DNA of 63,281 nucleotides, filler included, from Sluysia triapertura (Eukaryota): NCBI GenBank assembly GCA_046118255.1. It is 5 parts of 5 records of this genome, joined end to end, with 100 filler letters (N's around TTAATTAATTAA, not from the genome) between each part and the next. Parts side by side here need not be neighbours in the genome. Positions count along the whole stretch, not along the records: positions 1 to 10,986 come from JBJNIA010190552.1; positions 11,087 to 21,856 come from JBJNIA010193692.1; 3 more parts are not named here. One strand, given 5' to 3'. The position numbers and the translations under genes are program-made. Below, in pieces: positions 1-13,239 of this stretch. A model generated the notes under the pieces. The model was not told the DNA's origin. It made no database searches and saw only the letters and a list, made by a program, of their open reading frames with translations. How positions within the stretch are numbered: position 1 is the first letter of the stretch; the number at the start of each line of letters is the position of its first letter.

Positions 1-411
1 GTTTAGCTGTTTCTTTATTAATAAATTTTCGAATATTTGATATTTTATTTAATTGATATTTACACTTTTTAACAATATAATTAATATTTTCTTCCATGTT
101 CATTTTTTGAATCCATATAACCGCCCGTATAGATCTTATTATTTAATTAAGTAGGTTAATGAGCTTCTAAAATTGATTTGTTTGTAAAAAAATCAATAAT
201 TCTATTAATGCTAAAAACTATCAATAACTTAAATGTACTCGTTAACCTTAACTTTGAAGGTCATCAAGTGATTTAATACACCATCGTGAATTTCTTTAAC
301 TCGTGCTTTTCGTAAGAGATGGGAGAGCGAAGTTACTAAAATTAAAATTTGTTAAATTCTATTATTAAATTGGTGCAAGATGTAACATGAAATATGAATT
401 ATTTTCTTTAG

Positions 412-789
412 GAATGTATTTCTGCCAGCAACTTTGTGCCAACACTGAATTCTGTCATTATGTTACCTTATTTTGGTATGTATTGTCCGAATATCACGTC
501 CGATGAAGGCACCGAATCATTGTTTGCATGCACATGCTTAATACGTAGACGTGACTATTCGGCCCATATGGCCGGACATGCGTATTTAGAAATAGAAACA
601 TGTGGTAGTTCTAGTTCTGCTATTGAGAGACGATGTCCATTGGTGGCGAGTGGATGTACATTTGGAGTATCATTATTGACCGGATGTAACGGTGCGGAGA
701 TAATTGGTTATCATCCGAGATATCGAAGTTTCACACTGACTAGACCTTGTTACGAACTAGATCCAGAGTCGACAACAGGAATTGAACAG
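412..789 (+). CDS. FBXO30: FBXO30/FBXO40-like F-box protein, penultimate coding exon (upstream exons not identified in window)
   Basis: Acceptor ttctttag ends at 411; donor CAG|gttaac at 789/790; both phase 0. Translation ECISASNFVP...FACTCLIRRRDYSAH...IERRCPLVASGCTF...GAEIIGYHPRYRSF resembles the FBXO30/40 segment CGQxFRRxEFxxH...MEQRCPLAYYGCTY...GAKIIHDRHLRSF that precedes the F-box (recalled family sequence). FBXO30 and FBXO40 cannot be told apart here. Confidence 0.75.
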
Positions 790-1977
790 GTTAACGATTA
801 TTAATATACTTTTTCATTTGTTTAGAGATTATTTCGATAATATATTACTGAACCCTAATATGAAATGTAATATAATTAGCTATTTACATCGTGCAAATAT
901 GTGCGCAAGCGCAATTCTTTTGATTTTTACTAAAGAACTCCCTGAGCATGGCGAGGCCGCATCCTAGCAGCAGATGACATTTAATATTCCATATATGACC
1001 CGAACTCATAATAATAATAATGATGACTTATTAATAACAACTTTCCTAAAAGTGAGAATTCAATCAACTCTTACTTATTGATGGTGATAGTATATTGCTA
1101 ACGTTCTTTATTAAAGAGAGCCTGAAGAAAAAATCAATTTGTATCATTTTGCAATGATTCCTTATTTAAACAGAATCGTTAAAATTTTTCACGTAGTTTA
1201 CTTCGGTTATTAATGATTGTTATTAAATATTTTGAGCATGAAAATTTACTAAGGTTCGTTAAATTAAACCTGAATGTTCAGTTATTGATTAATTTAACAA
1301 ATTATAATAAAATTTAAATGATGGAAAGAAATAAATATTGAATTAATTAATATACAACAAAAAAATTAATAGATACAATAATAATTGATGAATTTGTAAG
1401 TATTAATAATAATTTTACTTTGTTACCTTAATTAAATGACAACCAAAAAATTATGATTGTACGTAGAAAGTTGACTGTGCAATGTTAAATTAGTGCTACA
1501 AATCTTATTAAATAAAACTAACGAATTTAAACCAAATTGTTTTGTGATGAATATTTTTTCCGAAAATCAATTAGGCGATATAAAATTTTCTTCTTGGATC
1601 TTGTCAGTAGGATTTTCAAATAATCGCTAAAAAATTGTCTGAAATTGTCATGTATGAGTTTATATACTATGATTTGTTTGAACTTGGTTAAATTGTATTT
1701 AAACAAATTGTTTGTTCATTAGTTTTATTCCAGTAATTTATTATCTAATTTAAATTTAATAATGTAAATTTTAGATATGTATTAAAATTGTATACTGAAA
1801 ATATATTTACGTAAATTGCGAAAAGTTAGATGTTGATCAAATATTTTTCTCCTATTTCTTTTACCAGTACTGTATCGTCGATTATGCCTTTTAAATTTTT
1901 CTCATGTTTAAAATCTCTTGTTAAAATTGTGAGTAATCAGTATTTATATACTAGTTCTCAGCTAATTTGAAGAGAAA

Positions 1978-1978
<1 letters not shown>

Positions 1979-2045
<67 letters not shown>
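1979..2045. repeat. (TAT)n microsatellite
   Basis: About 22 perfect units. Similar tracts at about 3297-3346, 7082-7135 and 40987-41046. Confidence 0.95.
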
Positions 2046-2046
<1 letters not shown>

Positions 2047-2764
2047 AAATTTGATAGTTTGTACAGCACTTCAAATTAATCTAATTCGATTTGTACTTTG
2101 TGTAAAATTAGTGTAAAAAATTTAGTGTTATGAGTTATGAATATTTGAATGTGCTTAAGCGAACTCCATATATCAGGCAATAACTCTGATTTATAATTAA
2201 CTTTACATGATTTAAGCTCTAAAGTTTTGTATAGAAAATATACATATAAATTATTATCGTTAATGTAAACTTACTTTACTAATCTATTTTCAAGTGATAT
2301 CTATATTTTATACATTATTTATATTGTCCGAAAGTGTGGGATATACGTGCTAAGTAAACTACTAAACTACTGTTATTGTTTCGTATAATTAAACTTCAAA
2401 ATACTTTATTATACTCTATTAAATTTATTCTACCCTATAGCCTTATTATCAATTCCTCACAAAAGAATGCAAAAAAATTAGAATTATTTTATTAAAATCG
2501 AATAAAATGTTTAATACAATGTAATTTAATCGTGATACAATGTGATTTAATTATATAAGAAAATATAATTGAAATGATATTTTATTTTTTACAATAAAAT
2601 TTTACACTAAACGTTCAGATTCAAAACAATCCTTAATATTATCTTCAATTCAATCGATTTGATTCCAAAAGACTTTACTGTCACCGCAGAGTTAATTTTA
2701 GCCAAATAGCAGATTAATGTAGGCTTTATTTTGACCAAATAACTGCATCTTGAACTAATTAGAA

Positions 2765-2814
2765 CAGTGGTGTCAAAGTGGCGGCCCGTAAAGCAAAAAG
2801 GTTTGACGCCACTG
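2765..2814. mobile_element. 50-bp hAT (Buster/Charlie-type) MITE
   Basis: TIRs CAGTGGTGTCAAA / TTTGACGCCACTG (12 of 13 match); 8-bp TSD aattagaa (2757-2764) / aattagac (2815-2822) with central TA. Confidence 0.85.
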
Positions 2815-3299
2815 AATTAGACTATGTTTTGATCTTATTTTTTGTTTTTTATCGTCGATGTTTATTGATAAAATGTATATATTAATTCCAAAATTATTTA
2901 ATGTACTATTCTGATCGTTTAATATAGATACTAATTCCGAAATTATTGTAATAATTATATCTGTAATAAATGGTTTATCATCTGAACATAATTTATTACA
3001 ATTCTGAACATTATTATAATTATAATTTTAACAAATTTTATACTATTTTTATTTAATCATAATTTAAGATAATTTTAGTCGATGATAATGCTTTTAGATA
3101 TTGATTACATATGACTTTTATCTATTCTATCTATTCTTTAATTTAAGTTAATTTTGATGGATTATACTATTATTAAATTTTGATTTCATAATGGTTCTAT
3201 TTAATCTCAATTTAGTATGATTTTATCTTATCATAATGTTCTAAATTATATTTTTAAGATACTTTTGATCGAATTTTATCTTCTTAAAGTTTGATTTTA

Positions 3300-3348
<49 letters not shown>

Positions 3349-3366
3349 TCATGCTTTAAAATGATT

Positions 3367-3590
3367 TTATTGACTATAATAGTAAGTTTTGAGAATTACT
3401 GATACAGCTGCACCTGTATCAATAAGAAACTCCATTCGTGGGTAATGAAAATTTTGAAGTGTAAGCAGCATAGTTAATATAGAAAGAGATACCATTTCGA
3501 TTGGTTTAGCCGCTGTAACCGATGCACCGTTAGTTTTTTGTTGGCGCTTTGAAAGTAGCAAAGTCCTCGCAGCCCTCCATACACTTACGA
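3367..3590 (-). mobile_element. Ty3/gypsy gag-end and aspartic protease relic
   Basis: FLIDTGAAVSVI retropepsin motif, preceded in another frame by KCMEGCEDF...TKN* (gag Cys-knuckle-like tail). Truncated. A YSGPYKF (integrase GPY/F-like) fragment lies at 3778-3798. Confidence 0.7.
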
Positions 3591-4109
3591 GTCAAATTCT
3601 TATAATTTTAATTTTTAATTTTCTTTAGATATTTCAACGGCTTGAGTGATCCAAGTGATTGGTTCTTAAAATACTCGTGGAAAGTTTATTCATATTAGAG
3701 CTGAGATTTTGCTTCACCATGTTCGAACCTGCAGGCCAATCGTTTTGCTTATTTTTCGTACCATTGTTTTCTCTTATAAATTTATAAGGGCCTGAGTAGG
3801 TTGTTTAGGTGCCGCGCGAAAACCATAAGTTACCTTCGGAACGTCGGGCTTCAACATAGGCATTAACGGAGCCATTAACACGTTTTCCACTGCTTTTGAA
3901 GGCTTAGCGTGTCCCTAAGGGTTCTTTTAACTTTACTTATATATTTTGATATAATAATTTTTTTTATTTGTCTGAATGAGTTTTCGACGTTTTTATGTAT
4001 TGTGGTGTTATGAACGAAGTTGTGTTTGTGTAGATGTATTCTGTGGTATATGCATCTGGTATGTGTATTGTGTATGTAATGTGACTTGTGTGTTTTTATG
4101 AGGTTGTAT

Positions 4110-4410
4110 GATAATAATCATTATTATTGTCATTATTGTTATTATTATTATCATTATTATTTTTATTATTGTGATTGTTATTATTCTGGTTCTCATTATT
4201 ATTGTCGTTATCAATATTATTATTGTTATTCTCATCATTATTATCAATGTTATCGTCTTTATTTTCCTTATTATTAAAATTATCATTATAATTATTATTA
4301 TCATTGTTATGATCATTATTATCATTATTATTATTACCATTATTATTATTATAGTCATTATCTTTATTATTTATTATTATTCTAATTTTTATATTTATTA
4401 TTGTTATCAT
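4110..4410. repeat. Degenerate (ATT/ATC/GTT)n low-complexity tract
   Basis: Interrupted triplet repeat that generates the spurious poly-Ile, poly-Tyr and poly-Asn ORFs in the track. Confidence 0.9.
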
Positions 4411-5715
4411 TATAAGAATAAATTGAATAAAGTTTTAATAAATTAAATTTTATTAGCTTCTTTGCCTCCTGACACCATTTTCTGGAGAGCTTTTTATTTT
4501 TTATTATTAAAAACATAAAACTTTTTAAACGTTGTTAAATTATTAAAACTGTCAATCACGTTAATTAACCTTTAAACAAATTTACAAAGATGATAAAAAT
4601 TTTAATTATTAGGAAACAAACTAACAATATAGGTTTAAGGCCTTTAAAACATTACCAATAAAATTTAAATAGAATTTATTACAAAACAAAAAAATTCTTG
4701 TAAAAAAACACAATCATACTTATGATATCGTAATTTTTCCATACGTAAATTTCAATAGGTTTAACTGAACTGTAAAAGAATTTGTGGCGGATACAGTCAC
4801 AGCGTGTAGATATCCAGATAGTAAGTTTCCTAACAATAGTAAGATTTGGTGTTTATAAATTATTTTCATGTTGTCTTTATTGAATCTCATTTTAAATTAC
4901 TACAAAAAGCATTATGATTTCCGTAATCTTTATAATAATGATTTTAAAACTGAAAATTTTATTATTACAATTAAATGGCTGAACACTAACTATATCGATA
5001 GCTTTTCCGTCATAGTAAAATAACAATGATCGATCTAGATTCTTCGGACTTGTATTTTGAATAAGATCGCAGCTACTTATCTTGCAATCTTATTCTAATG
5101 TTTAATATACATTGCTTTTATATATATATTTGTGGACAAATCTTTGCAATGAGGAAGTATTTGTCGAGGCGTAATTCGAAAATCTGCTTAATAGTAATAA
5201 AATTTTTGGAAATATAAAATATTAAAGTAAAATGTTAGTGCAAATAAAAGAAAGATTTTGTGTTTTCTGATGATTCTAAAAGTGTATTCCAAGAGTTGAT
5301 AAGGACAATCTAAATCAAAGAGGTTGCGGAAACAGTATTATTAATTGTACCGTTATGTCACTCGCGGTAATTACATTGAATTAATTGGGACTGTTATGCG
5401 CATAATTTGGAAATCTATTATTATACCTGCTTATTTAAACTCTCAAAAAGAAAATTCGTAAGTTTTGTTACATTTAACATAAATTTAAGCATAAAATCTA
5501 CCTAAATTAATAACATTTTATGCTAACTTAAAGTTACTAATAAATTAACATTAAAATTATTATTTGAACATAAAGCTTTAAAATCTGTAATGGCATCATA
5601 TTTCTATTTTGTTCAGTCGTTATTAGTTTAATTAATACAAATAGGTTTATTATTAATCTTGGTTTAATTATAAAGTTTCTTTTGTATTTTATTTTAGTGA
5701 TACTAGGACTAAAGT

Positions 5716-5887
5716 GACTGTGGCGAACTCAATCCAAAATATTACAAATTTCAACTCTACCTAATACAACTATTAAGAACTCAACAAATTACAAACAACA
5801 ATCAAAACACTAATAACATGACGCATTAACTTAAAATTCAACAAATTTTCACAACAATCAACAAATATACACATTTATACTTATACA
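5716..5887 (+). mobile_element. Probable diverged copy of the C/A-rich LTR family
   Basis: GTGGCGAACTC...AAGAACTCAA resembles GTGGCCAACTC...AAGAACTCAA at 10802-10839; same C/A strand skew. Confidence 0.4.
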
Positions 5888-7079
5888 TTATTATTATTGT
5901 GAGAATTTAAATTTGTTTTCTGAAAGCTAATAATACATTAAGTGAGTCTTCTATGACATCACTGGGCTTACGCACTTAAGGGCCAGCGGATAGATGTCAG
6001 CGGATAAGAAATATGGAAAATTGAAGGTCAAAGGATATATATGTGTGTGTGTGCGTAATTTATTTTTGATCTAAAAACTTTTAAAAATTTTTGCTGATTT
6101 AATTTAATATAACTTTAATAACTATTTTGACAATTTTTAGATTCTTAATTATCTAAATCAGGAGTAAGCGAAAGAACCCCTGTAATTTCGTAAACTAAAT
6201 AAGAAGACGAGAAAACACGTAATTCATTTAATTTAAAGACAAAATTATAGATAATTCAAATTATATAAAAAGTCGATGAATGTTACAGTAAATTATTCCA
6301 GGTGGTAATAGTAATAACAGCTAAAATAAAAATGAAAATGCTGAAATTCAAAATAAAAAATTATTCCTCAAAGGCGTGGCACAATTGCGGCGATACTTTG
6401 AAGTATATAGGAAATCAAGTACTGCAGAGCATGAACTATTCTCCACATTCGGTGACAATTTCAATATAAGTATTGCATTAACACGAGAGATTCGTGTACC
6501 ACAAACAATTATCGATCCTTAATGTACTGAATAATCATTTTTATATAATTTATTTACTACTTATTATGAGCAGATAATTCATTTTTAAAAAATTAAATTG
6601 CTAAAAATTATTTTCATTATTCTCTGTTACATTGTCATTATTAGTACAGTCATTTGGTATCATTCGTACTCAAGTGTATGCGATATAATTAGAAAACCTT
6701 ATTTTTGCTTCATGGTCATGTACACAATTCAACATTAATTTTCTGCAATGAAGAAACGCGACTATTAAATTGCATGCACAAAATCTTATTTTCCTAAGAC
6801 GCGATTGTTCAGTTGATTATTGTAATTGTAAATATTAACAATATTAAATGAAAATAAAATCAATAGAGGAAATTTCAATTTTTATTCCTACAAATCTGAT
6901 TCTAATTAAAAATTATATTATCGATCGAGTTAAAATTTATGACGAATGTAAAATTAAATTAGACTATTATGAAGTAATGCTTGTGGTGATTATTCGTTCT
7001 GTATTTACTAGGTCAATCAATTATCATCAAAGAAATATCAGGTTTCTTTTGCAGCTACATATAAACTACTGGAAGATAA

Positions 7080-7137
<58 letters not shown>

Positions 7138-7516
7138 AATAATAATATTAATAAAATCATTAAACAAATGACGTGTGGTATTTTATTTTATGTTATTCGA
7201 CTTCAGTAATTCAGCATTGTATTGAATAAACCTTGAATATATAGAATTAACTGTACTCCCATCTCTTACACCCGAGACCAGTCTACTTCAACTGTCAGAA
7301 TAAATGTTAAGTCGAGGTCTTATAAAAAATAACCTGAAAGTAATTTTGACTAGTAAGATTAATATTCGTCGTAGTCAATCTCTTATAACTGAATATAGGC
7401 TTTTCTACAGGATTTTTATAGTAAAGTCCGGGGAAAATTAAATATGCTCCAAATCGGAGGACAGTTGCGAATATTTCTTTTGAATTATTTATTATTTATT
7501 AAAATTATTCATTTAG

Positions 7517-8020
7517 GCAAACATATTGGATCTCTTTCCAGTGGAAATAGTATTGAAAATTATGTCCTTTTTGGATCCTTTCAGTTTAATACAAATAACA
7601 TTGGTATCATCACGCTTCTACGACATATGGCAAAAGTATTACCATGGAAACCAAGAAGCTACTTCATTATATTATTTTATATCGAAATTTAGACATTTTC
7701 CAAAATATTCTTCTGTTCCTGTTAATATTGACCAAATACTATTGGCCCAACCTGGAATTCAGTTATCCAATAAACGAAATCGAATATTTGACTTGATGTA
7801 TAATTTCAATTCCCTATATGAATTATACAAACACGTTAAACATTGTCCTTATTGGGAAGCAAGAACTTGTTCCGGAGATTCGGGGCTTCAGTTTCAAATG
7901 CTGCCAAGTTACTTTTCGCGTGACATGCATTCAGGGATTCATTTGAAGTATTCTGGTGAAAACCAGGTGTGTGGGGAAGAAATGGGTGAAGAAACAGTCG
8001 AAGAGGAAATAGTCGAATAA
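7517..8020 (+). CDS. FBXO30: FBXO30/FBXO40-like F-box protein, terminal exon with F-box domain
   Basis: The ORF-track start is TTG; acceptor catttag ends at 7516, phase 0, and joins in frame to exon 412-789 (...TGIEQ|ANILDLFPVEIVLKIMSFLDPFSLIQITLVSSRF). F-box consensus LPxEIxxxIxSFLDxxSL is present. C-terminal ELYKHVKHCPY matches family xMADHLKKCSY. Stop TAA at 8018-8020. Confidence 0.8.
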   Translation, partial: ANILDLFPVEIVLKIMSFLDPFSLIQITLVSSRFYDIWQKYYHGNQEATSLYYFISKFRHFPKYSSVPVNIDQILLAQPGIQLSNKRNRIFDLMYNFNSLYELYKHVKHCPYWEARTCSGDSGLQFQMLPSYFSRDMHSGIHLKYSGENQVCGEEMGEETVEEEIVE

Positions 8021-9289
8021 TTGGTGATGGATTGTCCTACTGAAATAGATCCAATTTATATATATTGTTTAACACAGATTTATTATTTATGGTTTTAAGA
8101 CGACTCGTCTTTCATTGTTTTGTCAGTTAATAAATTTTAGTAAACGTGTTAATCATTATCATTATTATTGTTAGTGCTAATATTAAGCCATCTCGTGTTA
8201 ATCATTATTATGTTATTACGCCAACAATGTCTTTTCGCATATTAATATAATTCTATTAAAAAGCGCCAATCGGGAAATATAAATTGTATTGGTTTCTTTC
8301 AAATAATGAAATTGTATATTTATTATTTTCTCTTTCTTCGGGAATGTTCCATATTGACACTCACATCTTGCTCGGTTGCTTTATGTTAATTTACATTCTG
8401 CAAAATATATTTTCTCTAGCGCCTACAGTCAATATTTAATGAAGTCAAACGTACCCAGAGTTAATCAGTATTGTATTGTTCATTTACTGAATAAATTTAT
8501 ATTTTGCATATGTTTATAAAATAAATAAATGTGTATTCATCATGATATTATAGTAAAATTAAATACGTTCGAATAAATCAGAGGCTCGAGGATTTAACTA
8601 CTATTTAACAAATTTAGAACATGCAGTATGTATTATCGTTATATTAAAAATAGGTGCGGTTGTGGAAAAAGAGGAGGAAATATTCATAAAAATACAGCAA
8701 ATATTATGCCCGAATGGGTGTGTGTGTGTGTGTGTGACTTGAATAAACAAATGTTACTATGATTTGCTGTCGAAAGAAACAAGATCTAGAAAAATATGTA
8801 GTTTATATTATTAGGAACTGTAATTAGTAGTAATATTGATTGATGATCCAAACTGCGATTGTGATGGAACAATCGACTATCTTAATCGAAACCAGATTTG
8901 ATGTGTGACGTATTTACTGCATTGCATTAATAAAAATTTTATTCAACTTAGAAATATTACACTATTTAATGTTTTACAGTTTAATATAGAGATAAAGTCT
9001 AACATTTGGTGAGCCCACGTATCGAATACCTTTCTGATGTTGAAATAAGTGATTTACAAGATGTTTAAAGTCAAACATCTAAAGTGCCATAGAAAAGTGA
9101 TATTGTAATTGACTGTAATAAAACAAAAATTGTTAAACGGCTTCTATTCCCGGTCAGTCCACATTATGAAGTCTAACAATTTAAAGCATCATTATTCTGA
9201 ATAATTTCAAAACCATCACTATTTTCTTCAACTTTACATCGGTATCGTTATCGGTTTTTGATGCAGCTGTTGTTTCTTCTTATACGAGG

Positions 9290-10030
9290 CATCACTAATC
9301 CCCATTGAATCACAAAGTTGGTGGCACTCTATTCATTTTCCATAACCGAAACGCCATCTAGATCCAAATACAACCCGTATTGTTATTGATCAATAACGTT
9401 CCTTGCAACCTCATTTTGGACAACTCTTTTGCAATTTTCTTCTGGATAGATTTACCATATTTTAAAAACATGTCAGAAATAGTTCTTGAAAGCGATATTC
9501 TTAATTTCGCCGATGTCATTAAAATTTTAAAAGCTATTCCATCAACCGCTGTTAATTTGGAAAGGAGTCATTATCTTGATTTGTTATTTTTGATTTTTCA
9601 GTCTTTTGTAGCTGCTTAGAAGTGGAATGTTCTTGGCCGCTTTTTAAGCCTTTCCGGTTCTCTGTCGAGGCAGCCCCGACACTAATTTAACATAAACATT
9701 GAAACATTTGTGTAATCTGTCATATGTCGAAGATGGTTCGATAATAAAATGTTTACATTTCGTATTTTTATTGGCACCGATCCGTAATTATTGTGAAAAT
9801 TTTGTGTTTTCGCTAGAATTAAATAAGATTCAATGGAAATAAAATACGTTAATATCATACATTTTTCGTAAATGCCAATGAAGACCACTAGTTAAACTAA
9901 CTACAGTCTTAATTTCTTTTCCACATTTCTTACACACACCAGACTGTTGTGATTCTTCACGTAAAAATATATCCAGATTGAGTCTTTTCTTTGTGTCCTT
10001 GAATATAGTAATCGACAAGGATTCTAACAT
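9290..10030 (-). mobile_element. Decayed hAT transposase with BED zinc finger
   Basis: GVCKKCGKEIKT...TSGLHWHLRK (BED finger), then LSKLTAVDGIAFKILMTSAKLR (dimerisation-type segment), DGVSVM and HQLC (second Asp and CxxH regions of hAT transposases), broken by frameshifts and deletions. Confidence 0.7.
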
Positions 10031-10549
10031 TTTTTGCGTATCAATGGAAAATTATAAGTAATTTTATTATTAGAAATATATAAATGTACATTGTAATTGA
10101 CAATTTATAGATATATTTAAGTGAAGATTTTAAAATTATTTTGTCTTCAATGGAAATAAATGAATAAATGTAATTATAATTTAATAAAATAACTTTTTAA
10201 CTTATATATTTGAATTTGATTACTTGTAGTACATATTAAAACATTTCCATTCATTATTGTACAACAATAATTGATCAAAGTACAAACATTATATATTGGA
10301 TCAAACAAATCATTCTAATTCGTAATGCATATTTATTTAATTAATATTTGATTTAATTATTAATTTTTAATTTGATTTTTATTAATAATATTTTCTTATA
10401 TTTATGAAGTAGAAATTAATTTTGTATTTTTGGCTGACAAATACTGATAATACAAACATAATAAAAAGCAAAAGGATAAAATGCATCACTACATTCAAAT
10501 TCTACATAAAATGCCAAGCAATGTTCGCTTCCTAATTAACTCGTGCTGT

Positions 10550-10986
10550 TTTTTAATGGACAGGAAATTAAATTTGACAATCGACAACGACGGAAAACCC
10601 AAAACAGTAAACTGGTGTAAACTAAAACCAGCAATCACGCTAGTTGAAGAAGATTCATCTACAACAGAAAAATCAGTATCTTTTAATAACACAGCTACCT
10701 TTCTAAACGATAAAAGGTTACATTTAATACAAGCGAAGATACCAGAATTACAACAACAAAACAAAATATACCGCTCCGCTTCTTCGGAGGTGGCTGATGT
10801 AGTGGCCAACTCCGTAAGTCAAAATTTAAAAGAACTCAATTAAAGTAAAATTCATCACATAAAACAACAATACATAATCACAACACTTTTCCAACTCACA
10901 TTCACCAACAAATTAATCTATATCCCAAACATTCCCAACTCAATAAACTCTTACATTCATTTCAACAACTCAAAACACTCACTCAC
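10550..10986 (+). mobile_element. 3' end of a Ty3/gypsy element: integrase C-terminus, PPT-like tract, start of 3' LTR (cut by gap)
   Basis: LTIDNDGKPKTVNWCKLKPA matches the gypsy integrase tail (TIxxNGKxxTVxxxRLKPA). GGAGGTGGCTGA is followed by TGTAGTGGCCAAC at 10798. Downstream sequence aligns by eye to 36430-36530 on the minus strand. Confidence 0.72.
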
Positions 10987-11086
10987 NNNNNNNNNNNNNN
11001 NNNNNNNNNNNNNNNNNNNNNNNNNNNNNNTTAATTAATTAANNNNNNNNNNNNNNNNNNNNNNNNNNNNNNNNNNNNNNNNNNNN
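10987..11086. other. Artificial assembly spacer N44-TTAATTAATTAA-N44 (also at 21857-21956, 37384-37483, 50736-50835)
   Basis: Four identical 100-bp spacers carrying a six-frame stop linker. Confidence 0.97.
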
Positions 11087-11815
11087 TTTAGTGCAATAAA
11101 ATGGTTTGAATCATATTTAAAAGAAAGAAGGCAAATACGTTTTATTGAATAATGTGAAGTCAAATGAGATATATGTAAAGCATGGAGTTCTGCAGAAATC
11201 AAAAATGAAAATGGAAGAAAATATTAATTGTATTGTTAAAAAGTGTAAATATCAATTAAATAAAATATCGCGTATTCGAAAAGTTATTAATAAAGAAACA
11301 GCTAAACTTATTGTTCATTCATTGATAACTAGCAACAAAGATTTTAACAAAGTTTGTTGTACTCAATTTCATATAGAAAAGTGAAAAAATTACAATTAAT
11401 AATTAATCAAGACTAATTCTCCAAGTTGGAAGAAAATCTCACGTAACATCTTATATTATAGAATTACATTGGTTGCCAATAAAAGCAAGAATGAAATTCA
11501 AAATCATAACAATAATTTACAAATGCTTACATTACAGCAGTCCTGAATATCTCTTAGAAATAATAAAAATTAGAAACCAAGATGAATATTTTATTGAGAC
11601 ATTAATCTATACGGAATCCATAGTGATATAAGCTAGGCAATAGATTATATACCGTTTATGTTTCAAAAATATACAACCATTTACCAGCGAATGTCAAATT
11701 ACTAGAAGATTATGAAATATTTAAAAAATGCAAAGTTCTTTCTCTTTCAGAATATTATTGTGAATGATTTATCTTAAGCGCTTTTGAGTACTTACACAGT
11801 AGATATGAATTAATA
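11087..11815 (+). mobile_element. L2/CR1-group LINE ORF2 3' relic with internal deletion
   Basis: WFESYLKERRQ...VKHGVLQ joins directly to the thumb/C-terminal region ETAKLIVHSLITS...ELHWLPIKARMKFK...YKCLH...PEYL. The 3' UTR is shared with 37891-38098. Confidence 0.85.
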
Positions 11816-13239
11816 TGTTATTATATGATTTTAATTGATTTTTGAATAAGTTTAAAGTGTTATTATGACATTTTAAATTATTTTATAGGGTTGTGATGAT
11901 AACCTAACAATATATTGAACAATTACAATCTTGTCAATTGACTTTTATATTCAATAAATAATTACTCTCTAGTTTATAAAACTCTTTAATATTAAATTTT
12001 AATATTTAAAATATATTTTTCAATTCTCCATTTACTTTAAACATTTGTGTAAAATAGAGAACTGCAAGACGCGATATATCTTACGCTGGATTTTATAAAT
12101 ATATTAATGCGAAAACAGGAAAATTATACGAACGTAGGTGATAGACAAATAATATAATAAAACACGAAATTATATAAAGAAATTAATTCTTTAGATAAAG
12201 TATTATGTAATTTGAAGTGTTAATGGGATCTTTAAAATGCCCATAATTACAACTGATTTTAAGTACGCATTTTACACCTGATTAAACTGGCAACAACTTA
12301 CTAAAATAAACTAACGATAATATTAAATTCTGGTCCAGAATGAATTTCTAAAAACTTGTTCTTTTTTCGCGTGATTCTATTATATTAGTTTCTTGTGTAT
12401 TTTGTTAAAAAATTATTTGATTTTAGATGGTAGCTACTTCAATCTCACGTAATACTTAAATAATTTAGTTACTTTAAAATTAAAAAGGTTTTTTAATATT
12501 GCTAAAGATTTAACTATAATTAACACTAAATTTAAACTTAAAATTAATCAATTTACTTATACGTGCTCAACCATAACTCAAAACGTTTTCATTTAATTGA
12601 TACGAGTTTTACTTTATTCCACATTAATTAAAATGTTATTCTCAGTTTGAGTCCATTTCTTCGTTAGGATATTTTGTTTTCTTATCGTCTAAGTGCGAAA
12701 ATATTACAATAACTAAATTTTAGTTGATATTCTAACATCAAAAAATTTTATAGTTAAACAGAGCAGCTTAAAACATGCAATTCTAAAGTCAAATAGATTT
12801 TTCCCGGAATAAACTTAAGTTGTTACTTCATAAAACCGCATCATTTGCAGTTTGAGAATTTGATGCTTAGAAGTTAACGACAATTTACCATAAAAACAAA
12901 TTTTACAAAAATTTAAAAAATCAAAAGTCTAAATAAAACATTTTATTCTAGTAAATTATAAATATAATACTGAGATCGAATCCCGAAATGATACTTTATT
13001 TATAAAACAGTACGTTACATGAAAGACATCATTTCAAAATCCGAAACTCATTAATATTCATATAGTCAGGTATAATAGTTTTTATTCTTATAAACACACA
13101 CAGCTAATACACAGATGCAATTGAAAAAAATAAAAAATGTCTTAAAATGCAAAAAGTCTAAGTCTTAGAAAAATGTATAATTATATTTGCAATTTTATTA
13201 AAACACACAATTTGTTACATACAAACTTATTTTAATTTT

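Noticed and set aside
3530-3539. A AAA AAC heptamer before the gag-like stop as a -1 frameshift site
   Set aside because: The surviving protease ORF is in the +1 frame relative to it, and the relic is too decayed to infer recoding.
4008-4446. Four overlapping ORFs rich in Ile, Tyr or Asn
   Set aside because: They are translations of a degenerate ATT triplet tract inside the F-box gene intron; no splice or homology support.
11031-11042. TTAATTAATTAA palindrome recurring four times
   Set aside because: Always centred in N runs; an artificial six-frame-stop linker.
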